Origin: Eledone cirrhosa
Taxonomy: Eukaryota
NCBI GenBank assembly: GCA_964016885.1
Contig: OZ024745.1
Location: forward strand, 6,014,001 to 6,078,000
Direction of reading: 5' to 3'
Length of the DNA: 64,000 bases
The notes under the pieces were generated by a model, which worked only from the letters and a program-made list of their open reading frames with translations, was not told the DNA's origin and searched no databases. Of the stretch, positions 1 to 12,362 are shown piece by piece. The translations under genes were made by a program, and so were the position numbers. Numbering within the stretch: position 1 is the first letter of the stretch; each line of letters opens with the position of its first letter.

Positions 1-1200
1 CATGCTAGTTAGGCGGTCATTTTCCTCGAGGAACGTGATCAATTTCTTTCTGATGATTCGTTCCATGACCTTACTGATATGTGACGTCAGAGATACTGGC
101 CTGTAGATGTTGGTCTCCACTCTGCTTCCTCCTTTATGGATAGGGCATATTGTGCCTTCTTTTAGCTCTCTGAGTAGTTTACCGCTAGCCAAAGAACTTC
201 TGAAGAGGGTCATCAGTGGACTTGCTAAGGCCCGCTTACATGTTTTTAGGAGGACTGCTGGGAATCCATCAGGTCCAGCAGCTGAGTTTGTTCTAATTAC
301 ATCTATGGCTGATACCACATCTTCCTCCGTTATGTCTATGTGGTTGATGGTCGCCATTTCTTGTGGAGTGTTGTGGCATCAAAGAAATCCTCTGGCTTTG
401 TTATTTGCATGTGCCTCAGTGAACATGTGAACACACTTTTGTACTGTTCGTTCAGTATTTCACTTATCTCTTGAGGATTCTCGGTTAATGAACTGTCTGT
501 ATGGAAGAGTAACCCAATCCTGCAGTGTACCGAGGCAGTCTCTTTTGCAAATTTAAAGAAGGCCTTAGGGTTTGTTTTAATATTTTCTATGCCCCTGGCT
601 TCTCTCTCTGCCCTCTCATTTTCATGGGAAAGTTTGAGTGCAGTTTCAATTTCAAGTAGAGCACGTTTCAAAAAGGATTCCTTGTTGTTTTTGTTGTTGT
701 TGTTTTTTGTGCACTCAACTTATTTGAGAGCTTAGTTGTTCGTCTCATAAGGATTTTCCTGTCTCTGGGAATAAGATGTTTGTGTCCGTTGGTCTTTTTC
801 TCTGGGATAAACTTACACATATAGTTTGTATTGTTGTCATGAAGTGTTAAAAATGCGTGTTGGTGTTTTGTGCGGTGATGTTGTCGCTCCATATTTGCTT
901 CCGGATCTCTTTCTTGATCTTTTTCCAGTTAGCCTTGTGAAAGTTAAGGCTGGATAAGTTCCCGGTGCTTCTTAATGGTTGCGTCTCTGTTGACTCTCTC
1001 GGACCACATAACATTAGTTCTACTAAGTTATGATCCGAGAAAATCGTTGGTGTCACCTTTACATTGTGGCTGAGCACTTCGTTGTTTGTAAAGCAGAGAT
1101 CCAGGACATTCTCGCCTCTTGTTGGGAGGAGTACTGCTTGTTCCATGAATTGCCTGTGTGTGAGGGCTAACAGGGACTCCGTCTGTCCCTGTTCGAGTGA
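1..1200 (-). mobile_element. Degraded non-LTR retrotransposon (probably CR1 group) ORF2 fragment: APE endonuclease C-terminus plus RT N-terminus
   Basis: Minus-strand motifs [35 protein letters not shown] and YRPVSLTSHISKVMERII are spread over several frames (frameshifted). The fragment runs off the window start. Confidence 0.85.
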
Positions 1201-1206
1201 TGTATA

Positions 1207-1276
<70 letters not shown>

Positions 1277-1340
1277 TGCATACACACACATGTCTACGTG
1301 TATAGATATATGTATACGTGTATGTATGTATGCATGTGTA

Positions 1341-1374
<34 letters not shown>

Positions 1375-1375
<1 letters not shown>

Positions 1376-1588
1376 GTAAATATGTTTTGAAATAGTGACC
1401 AGATTTGAAATTAGAAAATAGAATAGCTTTCACCGTATTTTTGACTAAAGGAATTTTTAGCCTGATAATGGGGTTTAGAACCCTCAGATAAATGGAAAAA
1501 GATGAGTATTGACGTACATGGGAGTCGAACCCAGATCTTTGGTTATCGCGACCACTGTGCTACCATTACACCAACACATCACCCGATG
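1375..1588 (-). mobile_element. tRNA-headed short element (family B), TA-flanked
   Basis: The reverse complement of 1511-1580 folds as a cloverleaf with A box TGGTGTAATGG and B box GGTTCGACTCC. The body is homologous to 14255-14412 (+). Confidence 0.65.
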
Positions 1589-1597
1589 TATATATAT

Positions 1598-1805
1598 AAC
1601 GAAGGAGATGTGGTAAGGAACCAGATGGACCATAACGCACCAAAGTACTCAATACTTAGGGTAGTAGAGTGGGTAATAGGAACAAGTAGGACCCCAACGG
1701 CTGAGCTCAAGCCGTTTTTTCGACGGCTAATTCTGGACTAAATTTAGTCCAGAATTAGCCGTCGAAACGGCTTGAGCTCAGCCGTCGGGGTCCTAATTGT
1801 TCCTA
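1598..1805 (-). mobile_element. Family A non-coding PLE-like element, 5'-truncated with fold-back at about 1742
   Basis: Homologous to 7865-8008, 13148-13288 and 14440-14582. Inverted repeat ctggactaaa|tttagtccag; flanked by (TA)n. Confidence 0.75.
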
Positions 1806-1840
1806 TATATATATATATATATATATAAGAGAGAGAGAGA

Positions 1841-1899
<59 letters not shown>

Positions 1900-2194
1900 G
1901 TGAGAGAGAGGTGTATATGCGTATATATATATATTCATATAGGAATTGAAATTACATTTACATATTTGACTATGTAATGTACATATGTGTGCCTCCTCTT
2001 ATAGCCACCGGTTGACCAATGCTTTGTGGTTGTTATCTTGTAAACAGAAACTGAAGAAGCTTGTCATGAGTGTGTGTATGTATACATATATATTTATTTA
2101 TATGTAAGTGGTAAAATCCAGTTAGACCATTACACACCAGACTACACGACTCCGACGGCAGGAGCTCAGCCGTCGGGGTCCCGAATTTTTCATA

Positions 2195-2357
2195 TACCGT
2201 ATTTCCCGGGGTCGAAGACGCTACTCTTTTCCTAAATTAAGTCTCAAAAATCTACGCTTCCTGGAGGCCGAAGGTTGTTTATTATTTTTTTTTCAAATTT
2301 TTGATTGTCAAAATTAGAGTGTGTCCCTGAGGACGAAAAGCCTTCGGCGCCGGGAAA

Positions 2358-2363
<6 letters not shown>
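2195..2363. mobile_element. pogo/Tigger-like MITE
   Basis: Imperfect TIRs taccgtatttcccgg / ccgggaaatacta with TA ends. Confidence 0.5.
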
Positions 2364-2419
<56 letters not shown>

Positions 2420-2421
<2 letters not shown>

Positions 2422-2660
2422 TTGTTTATTTTCCTATCTTTGGTTTGCTTTTATCCTTCTATGTTGTTTACTTGTCCCCCTCGCTTTACGCGATTTACTG
2501 GTCCCAATAACTTTTTTTAGTTATTGCTTGCACCAACCTGAGGTATATGATTTTTAATGCGATGAAATACCAATGATGGTTGGAAAATCACTGACGAAGG
2601 ACTATTTTTATCATATGTAACCCATGTGCAACCACGCAGTATTCTTCTTTCTTCTCATGT
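2420..2660 (+). repeat. Interspersed repeat; longer copy at 24920-25430
   Basis: Shares ctcgctttacgcg, tgaggtatatgatttttaatgcgatgaaatacc and ccatgtgcaacc with 25250-25420. Confidence 0.75.
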
Positions 2661-2784
2661 TTTATATATATAGGATATCTGTACGTTTGTGTCTGTTTAT
2701 ATCATGTAACTTAGCGGTTTGAGAAAAAATGATCGATAAAATAAGTACCAGACCTGAAAAGATATGTACTGAGGCCGATATGAT

Positions 2785-4463
2785 TGACGGTGATGATGAT
2801 AATGGTGGTGACGGTAGTGGGGATGGTGGTGACGATGGTAGTGGTGGGGATGGTGGTTGTGGTGGTGGTGGTGGTGATGGTGGTTTTGATGGTGGTGGTG
2901 GTAGTGGTGATGGTGGTGGTGGTAGTGGTGATGGTAGTGGTGGTGATGGTAGTAGTGGTGGTGGTGGTAGTGGTGGTGGTGGTGTTAGTGGTGGTGGGGA
3001 TGGTGGTGACAGTGGTGGGGATGATGATGATCGTTGCGGTGGTGGTAGTGATGATGTTGTTGGTGGTGATGATGTTCATTGTGGTGGTAATGGTGATGAT
3101 GATGATGTTAGTGGTGGTGGTGGTGGTGGTGTTGTTGTTGTTGGTGGCGGTGGTGGTGGTGGTGATGTTGTTGTTGGTGGCGGTGGTTGTGGTGTTGTTG
3201 TTGTTGTTGGTGGTGGTGGTGATGTTGTTGTTGGTGGCGGTGGTGGTGGTGGTGATGTTGTTGTTGGTGGCGGTGGTGGTGGTGTTGTTGTTGTTGGTAG
3301 CGGTGGTGGTGGTGGTGTTGTTGTTGGTGGTGGTGATGTTGTTGTTGTTGGTGGTGGTGATGTTGTTGTTGGTGGCGGTGGTGGTGTTGTTGTTGTTGGT
3401 GGTGGTGGTGATGTTGTTGTTGTTGGTGGTGGTGGTGGTGATGTTGTTGTTGTTGGTGGCGGTGGTGGTGATGTTGTTGTTGTTGGTGGTGGTGATGTTG
3501 TTGTTGTTGGTGGTGGTGGTGGTGATGTTGTTGTTGTTGGTGGTGGTGATGTTGTTGTTGTTGGTGGTGGTGGTGGTGATGTTGTTGTTGTTGGTGGCGG
3601 TGGTGGTGATGTTGTTGTTGTTGGTGGTGGTGATGTTGTTGTTGGTGGCGGTGGTGGTGTTGTTGTTGTTGGTGGTGGTGGTGGTGGTGGTGTTGTTGTT
3701 GTTGTTGGTGGTGTTGTTGTTGGTGGCGGTGGTGGTGGTGGTGATGTTGTTGTTGTTGGTGGCGGTGGTGGTGGTGTTGTTGTTGGTGGCGGTGGTGGTG
3801 GTGGTGTTGGTGGTGGTGATGTTGTTGTTGTTGGTGGTGGTGATGTTGTTGTTGTTGGTGGTGGTGGTGGTGATGTTGTTGTTGTTGTTGGTGGTGGTGA
3901 TGGTGGTGTTGGTGGCGGTGGTGGTGTTGTTGTTGTTGTTGGTGGTGGTGATGTTGTTGTTGGTGGCGGTGGTGGTGATGTTGTTGTTGTTGTTGGTGGT
4001 GGTGATGGTGGTGATGTTGTTGTTGGTGGCGGTGGTGATCTGTTGGTGGTGGTGGTGGTGTTGTTATTGTTGGTGGTGTTGTTGTTGGTGGTGGTGTTGT
4101 TGTTGTTGTTGTTGTTGGTGGTGGTGTTGTTGTTGGTGGTGGTGGTGTTGTTGTTGTTGATGGTGGTGGTGGTGATCTGTTGGTGGTGGTGGTGTTGTTG
4201 GTGTTGTTGTTGGTGGTGGTGTTGTTGTTGTTGGTGGTGGTGGTGGTGGTGGGGGTGGTGGTGGTGGTGGTGGTGGTGTTGTTGATGGTGGTTGTGTTGT
4301 TGTTGTTGTTGTTGTTGGTGGTGGTGTTGTTGTTGGTGGTGGTGTTGTTGTTGTTGGTGTTGGTGGTGGTGATGTTGTTGTTGGTGGCGGTGGTGATCTG
4401 TTGGTGGTGGTGGTGTTGTTGGTGGTGTTGTTGTTGGTGGTGGTGTTGTTGTTGGTGGTGGTG

Positions 4464-4495
<32 letters not shown>

Positions 4496-4529
4496 GGTGG
4501 TGTTGTTGATGGTGGTGGTGTTGTTGTTG

Positions 4530-4561
<32 letters not shown>

Positions 4562-4586
4562 GGAGGTGGAGGTGGTGGTGGTGGTG

Positions 4587-4618
<32 letters not shown>

Positions 4619-4655
4619 GGTGGAGGTGGAGGTGGTGGTGGTGGTGTTGTTGTTG

Positions 4656-4687
<32 letters not shown>

Positions 4688-4689
4688 GA

Positions 4690-4720
<31 letters not shown>

Positions 4721-4849
4721 GGTGTTGTTGTTGTTGTTGTTGTTGTTGTTGTGGTGTGGTGGTGGTGTTGCTGTTGTTGTTGTTGGTGGTGGTGGTGGTG
4801 ATGTTGGTGGTGGTGGTGGTGGTGGTGGTGGTGGTGTTGTTGATGGTGG

Positions 4850-4880
<31 letters not shown>

Positions 4881-4881
4881 G

Positions 4882-4913
<32 letters not shown>

Positions 4914-4916
4914 GGA
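2785..4916. repeat. Compound (GGT)/(GTT)/(GAT) trinucleotide microsatellite
   Basis: Directly visible. Confidence 0.95.
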
Positions 4917-5073
4917 GAGAAATAAAAACAACAAAACTTTTACCTCCAACAGAAACAACTTCCACAATTCAAACTTTCAATCATTTTTTTTTCTAAAACA
5001 TTTCGAACTTTTCTCTAAACGTCAAATATTCATGTAGACTGTTTTATTACTAGTGTACACAAACCTACATACC

Positions 5074-5139
<66 letters not shown>

Positions 5140-5233
5140 GTATTATATATATATATATTATATATATATATTATATATATATAATATATATATATAATAT
5201 ATATAATATATATATAATATATATATATAATAC

Positions 5234-5273
<40 letters not shown>

Positions 5274-5318
5274 TATATATATATATATATTTTATAATAT
5301 ATATATTTTTTTTTTATA

Positions 5319-5394
<76 letters not shown>

Positions 5395-5812
5395 CTCCAC
5401 ACATACGTAGATATGTACTTATATATGAGAAAAACGATGTATTTCCATTTCTTTGATCGTGCAGTACTTGAAGAGAATAATAATAATAATGCTGCGAACA
5501 TATAGTTTTATGGAAACAGGTTAGATTTAAAAAAGATAAAGCTACGCCATAAACATTATATCTTTACAAATATTTCAAGCAAGCTACTAACATCAGAACA
5601 AATTCTATAATTGTGTTGCTAATCAACTACTAATTCTTGTAAAGTATATTTTTTTATAGTTCTATATCTGTTAGAAATAGTCCAGTAAAATAGACCGTTG
5701 GATATAACTTGTTTTTGGTCAGCAGGTTTCTTTCTTCAAAGCGAATATTATTATTGTTATTTCTTTATTACTATGTTGTTGTTTTTTTATATGAATTTCA
5801 TATTTAGTAATT

Positions 5813-5892
<80 letters not shown>

Positions 5893-6619
5893 TAAGGTCA
5901 AATAAAATATATATCTGTTATATTTCAAATAAAATAAGATTTGTAAAGGAGAGGGCTGATGTCAATATTGTGACGTTCATGGAAATATAAATGGAATCAC
6001 ATGGTTCCAGCCATGAAACGAAACCAGGAATTGTCTGTTATATAAGTGGAATTACATGGTTCCAGCCAGGAAACGAAACTTCGGTGGAAAATTCGACTCG
6101 AATTCTCAAATAGAAATTCCTGTAGTCCCAAAACCGGGCCCGTTTCGTTGTATTTTAGTGTCGGCTTCTTATGTGTAAATCTGGGAAGAGCGAGAAAAGC
6201 GGTCGTCATAAGCTCGTAAAACTCACAAAATCATTCACCCTCATACAGTAAATTGAAAACCTTGATTTATCAAGATTATCTCTGAAATTGGTTGACAAAC
6301 ATTCCCTTTGTGGCTCATCAAAATCTAAAAGCAATTAAAAAAGATAACTCGAATAATGTAAGACAATCGACATTTTTGGAAAAAGGAAACTAAAGCTGAC
6401 AGATGTTCTTGTTAAAACCAAATAACTAAAGCCACGGAAAGGGTCCTGCCTTATTAGAGCTCCACTGTGAAAAAAATGGCATCAGATCCCAATTGTTTCC
6501 GTTATGGGAGCTTATATGTTCTGTTATTAAACTATTTTCTATTAGCGAAATAGGGTCAACGCTTCTAATTCAATTTTCAAGTATACACAAACACACACAT
6601 AAACACATACATATATGTG

Positions 6620-6790
6620 TGAAAGCGCGTGGCTGAGTGGTTAGAGAATTGGATTTACAATCGTGAGGTTGTGAGTTCGATTGCCCGACTGGGTGATGCG
6701 TTATGTCCTTGAGCAAGACACTTTATTTCACGTTGCTCCTGGAGTTGCGTCCGGTAGATATTAGTTTCCTCTGCCCGATTTGACGAGCTC
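6620..6790 (+). mobile_element. tRNA-derived SINE; inverted copy at about 8870-9085 and another copy at 10328-10460
   Basis: A box TGGCTGAGTGG and B box GAGTTCGATT, followed by ccttgagcaagacactttatttcacgttg shared among the copies. Confidence 0.85.
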
Positions 6791-6842
6791 AACTGGTTAA
6801 GCGAGGTCTGGGATTTTGTCGATGGATTGTTATATATATTTA

Positions 6843-6998
6843 TGTGAGTCCCGGGTTCAGTCGGGGGTCGCCACAGTTAGTAAGGTACTCAATACATTAG
6901 TAGAGTGTAAGCATCAAGTTTAATATAGAAATGGCTTTTGATTTCTTTTGAATGACACAGTTCTAGTTCTGTAGAAGCCATTTCTATATTAAACTTTA
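6843..6998 (-). mobile_element. Short TA-flanked element with fold-back inverted repeat
   Basis: aagtttaatatagaaatggctt is inverted as aagccatttctatattaaactt. The element carries the ACTC..GAGTAC motif. Confidence 0.55.
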
Positions 6999-7186
6999 TA
7001 TATACATTGTACCCCGGTATTCACCGTCCCGGTTATTCGCGAAATTTTCCTTAGAACCTAACTAGTAATTGTTCGTGGAAACCACCACATATTCGCGGAA
7101 TCGTAAATATCTTCCGCGATCTTTTTATGTCATTTTTCGTGGCAATATATATATTTTTTTTAACAGTAAATTATTAAAAACAATAT

Positions 7187-7375
7187 ACTGTATTTGCCAG
7201 AATATTGGACGTCCCTTCGCATAAGACGGTACCTTTTTTTTTATATTTTACGTTATATTTTGACGTTTATAGACATTTGTATGCTCCATATATTCGCTGT
7301 TTTTATAACGTAAAATATAATTAAAAAAGAGGAAGTCTTATGCGAAGTGACGTCTAATAACCTGGGATAAACATA
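7187..7375. mobile_element. MITE (Tc1/pogo-like)
   Basis: Inverted arms gacgtcccttcgcataagac / gtcttatgcgaagtgacgtc; tactgtattt terminus. Confidence 0.55.
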
Positions 7376-7417
7376 TATATATATATAAATATATAAATAT
7401 ATATATAAATATATATA

Positions 7418-7564
7418 AGTAGTAACACAACAGTTAGTTCACCATACCGAGAACAATTCTCGGTATGGTGAACTAACTGTTGTGTAACCACTTCTACCAA
7501 ACTCGTCCCATTGACTGAGTGCTCTACCACTACGGATATTACCTTCCAGTGTTCTACCCCTCTA

Positions 7565-7565
<1 letters not shown>
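7418..7565 (+). mobile_element. Short element with 5' fold-back palindrome (centre about 7454)
   Basis: cacaacagttagttcaccataccgagaa / ttctcggtatggtgaactaactgttgtg; ACTC..GAGTGC motif at 7501-7522. Confidence 0.6.
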
Positions 7566-7601
<36 letters not shown>

Positions 7602-7604
7602 GTA

Positions 7605-8007
7605 TGAAAATGAAAAAGTATGACCCCGACGGCAGAGCTCAAGCCGTTTCGACGGCTATTTCTGGACTAAATTAGAATTTTTAGCTTGGTGAATAAATAG
7701 TCGAACTTGTCAAGGGGTACTTCCTTATATGGGAAGATTGTAGTTGTCAAGAGGATTGGTTAAATTACAAATTTTAACCAATCCTCTTGACAACTACAAT
7801 CTTCCCATATAAGGAAGTACCGCCTTGACAAGTTCGACTATTTATTCACCAGGCTAAAAATTCTAATTTAGTCCAGAAATAGCCGTCGAAACGGCTTGAG
7901 CTCTGCCGCCGGGGTCATACTTTTTCCTATTACCCACTCTACTACCCTAAGTATTGAGTACTCTGGTGCGTTATGGTCCATCTGGTTCCTTACCACAATT
8001 CCTTTGT

Positions 8008-8008
<1 letters not shown>
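7605..8008 (+). mobile_element. Family A longest copy, about 320-bp fold-back palindrome centred at about 7768
   Basis: 7605-7764 is a near-perfect inverted repeat of 7772-7927; TA-flanked. Confidence 0.8.
7623..7718 (-). ncRNA. Type I hammerhead ribozyme, U3-A8 variant; the plus copy at 7819-7915 has a UC>CC lesion
   Basis: ACCCC-UUGACAA-long stem II-GAAA-CGGC(UUGAGCUCU)GCCG-UC-GGGGU. Stems I and III pair perfectly; the base of stem II is imperfect. Confidence 0.65.
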
Positions 8009-8049
<41 letters not shown>

Positions 8050-8054
<5 letters not shown>

Positions 8055-8656
8055 AAACATAAATTATTGAGATTCGCATTTCGGCCCACGAAATAGCGAA
8101 AAACAACCTCCGAGATGTGCGGCAAGTGCTCAATGATTCAGATGAACCAGAGCTATAACAAACGTTAAAGGCCAAACACACTGAGACGATGGTTAAACAA
8201 TCATTCGCATAGCCAAAAAAAACGATCAAGTAATTCGGGTATTGAAAATTTATCCGGACCCCTGGAAGGTTGGTAAAATCCAGTATATGGGTTTCTGCGG
8301 CTCCTAAATCAAGTACCGTCCGCTTACATATATAATGTCAGGCTTCTGGTAAGATGATTGAACAAGGAAGCCACTTTCTCAACAGGTTTTAGTTCAATGT
8401 TAATACAAGGACTGACTATTGCTGACCCCACGTGGGGATCGGCAAGGGAGGCAACCCCTATATCTGGCGAATGAATTCAGTTGTGTATATTTTTGCAAGA
8501 ATGCAAAAACATCACAAATTGAATAGAGTTCTCAACAGAAGGGTTAAAATTAGCATAAGCTATTCATCAGTCAATAGAATCAACTAAAAAATCAAGAAAA
8601 TTAACTGGTCACTAGCTAGAGTCGGGAGAATAATACAAACATAAATTATCGAGATT

Positions 8657-8660
<4 letters not shown>
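8050..8660 (-). mobile_element. About 600-bp non-coding element with a terminal direct repeat, TA-flanked
   Basis: acaaacataaattat(t/c)gagattcgca occurs at about 8052 and about 8635. Confidence 0.6.
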
Positions 8661-8737
<77 letters not shown>

Positions 8738-9134
8738 TAATTGAAGTTAGATTTGCAGCTTATGTAGAAACTTTATTTGCATATTACAATTGTTTCAATA
8801 TCGATCAGCCCGATTCTTCCTCGACATTTCCTCGGATCTGTGAGCTTACATGTGTGATGCACATCTAAACATATGTCAGTCGATCGACTTTCGTCAAATC
8901 GGACCGAGGAAACAATGTTTCCATTGGTCTTTCCAATAGCTAATATTATCTATCGGTCGCAACTCCAGGTAGAAAGAACAACGTGAAATAAAGTATCTTG
9001 CTCAAGGACATAACGCATCACCCAGTCCGGGAATCGAACTCACAACCTCACGATTGCGAATCCAATTCTCTAACTACTCAGTCATAGTTGTATACAGATA
9101 TGTATAGAAATTTCGTATTTCTAAAGAACCACGG

Positions 9135-9217
<83 letters not shown>

Positions 9218-9356
9218 ATATAAACAATGAGTTATTTAATTTGTTGATTATTCAACAAAGTTAATTTATAACAGATTAGAAGCACTCAAGAGATTTCTTC
9301 TGGAGTATAATATCAATAATATTAATAAATGTAAACTATCTTTATAAAACTATATT

Positions 9357-9417
9357 TATTTTACTATATATATTTCAAGGGTACCAGTATTTTGGTACGC
9401 CCTCATCAGATAAAATA
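9357..9417 (-). ncRNA. Type I hammerhead ribozyme (PLE-type, palindromic stem III)
   Basis: UAUUUUAU-CUGAUGA-GGGCGUACCA(AAAUAC)UGGUACCCUU-GAAA-UAUAUA-UA-GUAAAAUA, with an 8-bp stem I. Confidence 0.85.
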
Positions 9418-9583
9418 CAAAAATTGGTTTACAGATACATATGAACATAATGTTATGAGTTCTATGTAAATAGAACTGTAGATATGATTCCAGTTCCACG
9501 TAGGAGCTGGACATATCGATGAATGGACAGAGTGGAACACATTTCAACACCATGTTTACCTGTTCTTTCTACATTAATTCGTA

Positions 9584-9636
9584 CTGCCTGAAGAGGTCAC
9601 AGCCAATAATAGCTGTCACTGAAATATATATAACAG
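9584..9636 (+). ncRNA. Type I hammerhead ribozyme
   Basis: CUGC-CUGAAGA-GGUCACAGC(CAAUAAUA)GCUGUCACU-GAAA-UAUAUA-UA-ACAG; stem I is weak. Confidence 0.7.
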
Positions 9637-9880
9637 AGAATTTATAATAAACGAAGTCAAATTTAACATGTGTGTGTGTGTGTGTCTGTGTGTGTGTGTG
9701 TTTACATTTGTGTCTGCGTTTCTGTTTATATCTATCCCGTATTCGACGAAAATGAGGTCAATAAAAAAGTACCAAACTTAGAATAAAACTAATTAAGGTC
9801 GATATGCCGGACTAAATCCACCAAAACTGACCTCCACAGATTTGTCATTATAGAGTAAAGAGGCAGTAGCAGCAGTAGTG

Positions 9881-9958
<78 letters not shown>

Positions 9959-10989
9959 ACTAGCAGTGAGTGTGTGCACTGATAGAATTACTGTTTGTCC
10001 GATGTCCTAATTCTGAAACAATCTAAGTAGAAATGTCATGGCTGGAATGGTAAATTCTACCTTGTTAAGTCTGCCTTTGTCACGATAACTCCGCCATTTT
10101 GCCGTGCTAACGCTGCTAAAGTAATAAGTTATTTCACTTATTGTTACTTATCGTATCTACTCAAATATAAGTCGAGGCACTTAATCAACACATGAGCCGA
10201 CTCCATTCATTTTACCATTGATATTTTGGTCACATATTCCTCTGCTTATATTCCAGTATATACGGTTCTTACGTCTAAGTCCATATGTTCTAGACAACGA
10301 ATCAATACTATATATATATTGAATAGTGAAGGCGCGTGGTTAGAGCATTGGGCTTGCAATCGAAAGGTTGTGAGTTCAATTCTCGGACAGGGTGATGTGT
10401 TGTTTCCTTGAGCAAGACACTTTATTTCACGTTGCTCCAGTTTACTCAGCTGTAAAAATGAGATGATAGGACTGGAGTGCCTATCATTAAATTACCCAAG
10501 ACACCTCCAACGAGATATACCTTGGAGAAGGCCAGTTAAACCTGCAAATGTGTGAACTGTAACAACAACAACAACATATATTGAATGTATCTTAGCTTAA
10601 GCTGCTTCAACGCAGGGTCTTTCACTCTTTTTTTTAGTAGACAGTGGACTATGTTGGACATATAAACCCCTAGAGACGAGTAAAAATGGATATCATTGTC
10701 TGTGGGACTCGGGCTGACGCCTTGCGTCGGACTGCTGTATAAGGAAGAGCAGCTATAAATATCATCGAGGACATCCTCGAGAGAGGGAGAGAATGAGGGG
10801 TATCTTCAAATCAGAGGCTTGGTAGGATTGCTTACAACAAAGTGGATTCTAGTAAGTACAGCCAAGGACCAGGTTGTGGTGTTAAACTGAGCAATAGATT
10901 ACTATCACCTCCCAAGTAGGCCAAACTGAGATTTGAACTCAGAACAATAAGAACTTGAACATCAGCGGATAAGATGATTATTGATTATT

Positions 10990-11105
10990 TTATTGAGTTC
11001 AAATCCTGCCGAGGTTGACTTTGCCTTGCATCCTTACGGGGTCGATAAAATATAGTACCAGTAATGCACTGGATAAATGCTGGCCTTGTGCCTAAAGTAG
11101 AAACA
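10990..11105 (+). mobile_element. SINE with Nin/Deu-like domain; further copies at about 25700-25800(-), 28750-28930(+), 32470-32630(+), 33610-33820(-), 34650-34850(+), 36230-36330(-) and 45600-45670(-)
   Basis: B box GAGTTCAAATCC followed by the recurring gccgaggt..actttgcctttcatcc..ggggtcgataaaata..gtaccagt. Confidence 0.8.
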
Positions 11106-11312
11106 ATTATTTTATTGATCACAGGAAATTGTTATATATTAGATTTGATTGTAGAAATCTGTATAAAAGTTGGGTCCTTAATGCGCCCCTTTGAGGTCTG
11201 CAATCAACGTAGCTGCCGAGTTGGACTTAATAATAGCGCCGACTCTGGCTCAAGTATTATCTCCATCTGAATATGAAGTCTATAGTTTTCACGAGGGTTC
11301 TAATGTATGATG

Positions 11313-11457
11313 TCACCACCACCACCACCATCACTACCACCAACACCAGCACCAGCACCACCACCAGCACCACCACCACCACCAGCACCAGCACCACCAC
11401 CACCACCACCATCACTAACCCCCCCCCCCCCCCCCCCCCACCATCACTACCACCAAC

Positions 11458-11488
<31 letters not shown>

Positions 11489-11490
11489 GC

Positions 11491-11521
<31 letters not shown>

Positions 11522-11611
11522 CCACCACCACCACTATCACCACCACCACCACACCACCTCTACACACCAGCACCACCATGGTGGTGGTAGTAGTAGTATA
11601 TGTAGCACTGA

Positions 11612-11644
<33 letters not shown>

Positions 11645-11672
11645 CAGTAGTAGTAGTAGTAGTAGTAGTAGT

Positions 11673-11745
<73 letters not shown>

Positions 11746-11750
11746 ATAGC

Positions 11751-11793
<43 letters not shown>

Positions 11794-11824
11794 ATAGCAG
11801 TAGTAGTAGTAGTAGTAGTAGCAG

Positions 11825-11877
<53 letters not shown>

Positions 11878-11883
11878 ATAGTT

Positions 11884-11941
<58 letters not shown>

Positions 11942-12031
11942 CAGTAGTAGTAGTAGTAGTAGTAGTAATAGTAGTAGTAGTAGTAGCAGTTGAAGTAGTA
12001 GTAGTAGTAGCAGTAGTAGTAGTAGCAGCAG

Positions 12032-12092
<61 letters not shown>

Positions 12093-12096
12093 TGTT

Positions 12097-12154
<58 letters not shown>

Positions 12155-12253
12155 CAGTAGTAGTAGCAGTAGTAGTAGTAGTAGTAGTAATAGTAGTAGT
12201 AGTAGTAGCAGTTGAAGTAGTAGTAGTAGTAGTAGCAGTAGTAGTAGTAGCAG

Positions 12254-12297
<44 letters not shown>

Positions 12298-12303
12298 ATA
12301 GTT

Positions 12304-12362
<59 letters not shown>

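Noticed and set aside
1511-1580. Genuine tRNA gene
   Set aside because: It lacks U33 and a purine at 37, has mismatches in the T and anticodon stems, and is embedded in a repeated element.
8410-8480. HDV-like ribozyme (GGCAAC, GGCGAATG words)
   Set aside because: I could not build the P1/P2/P3 nested pseudoknot; only simple hairpins form.
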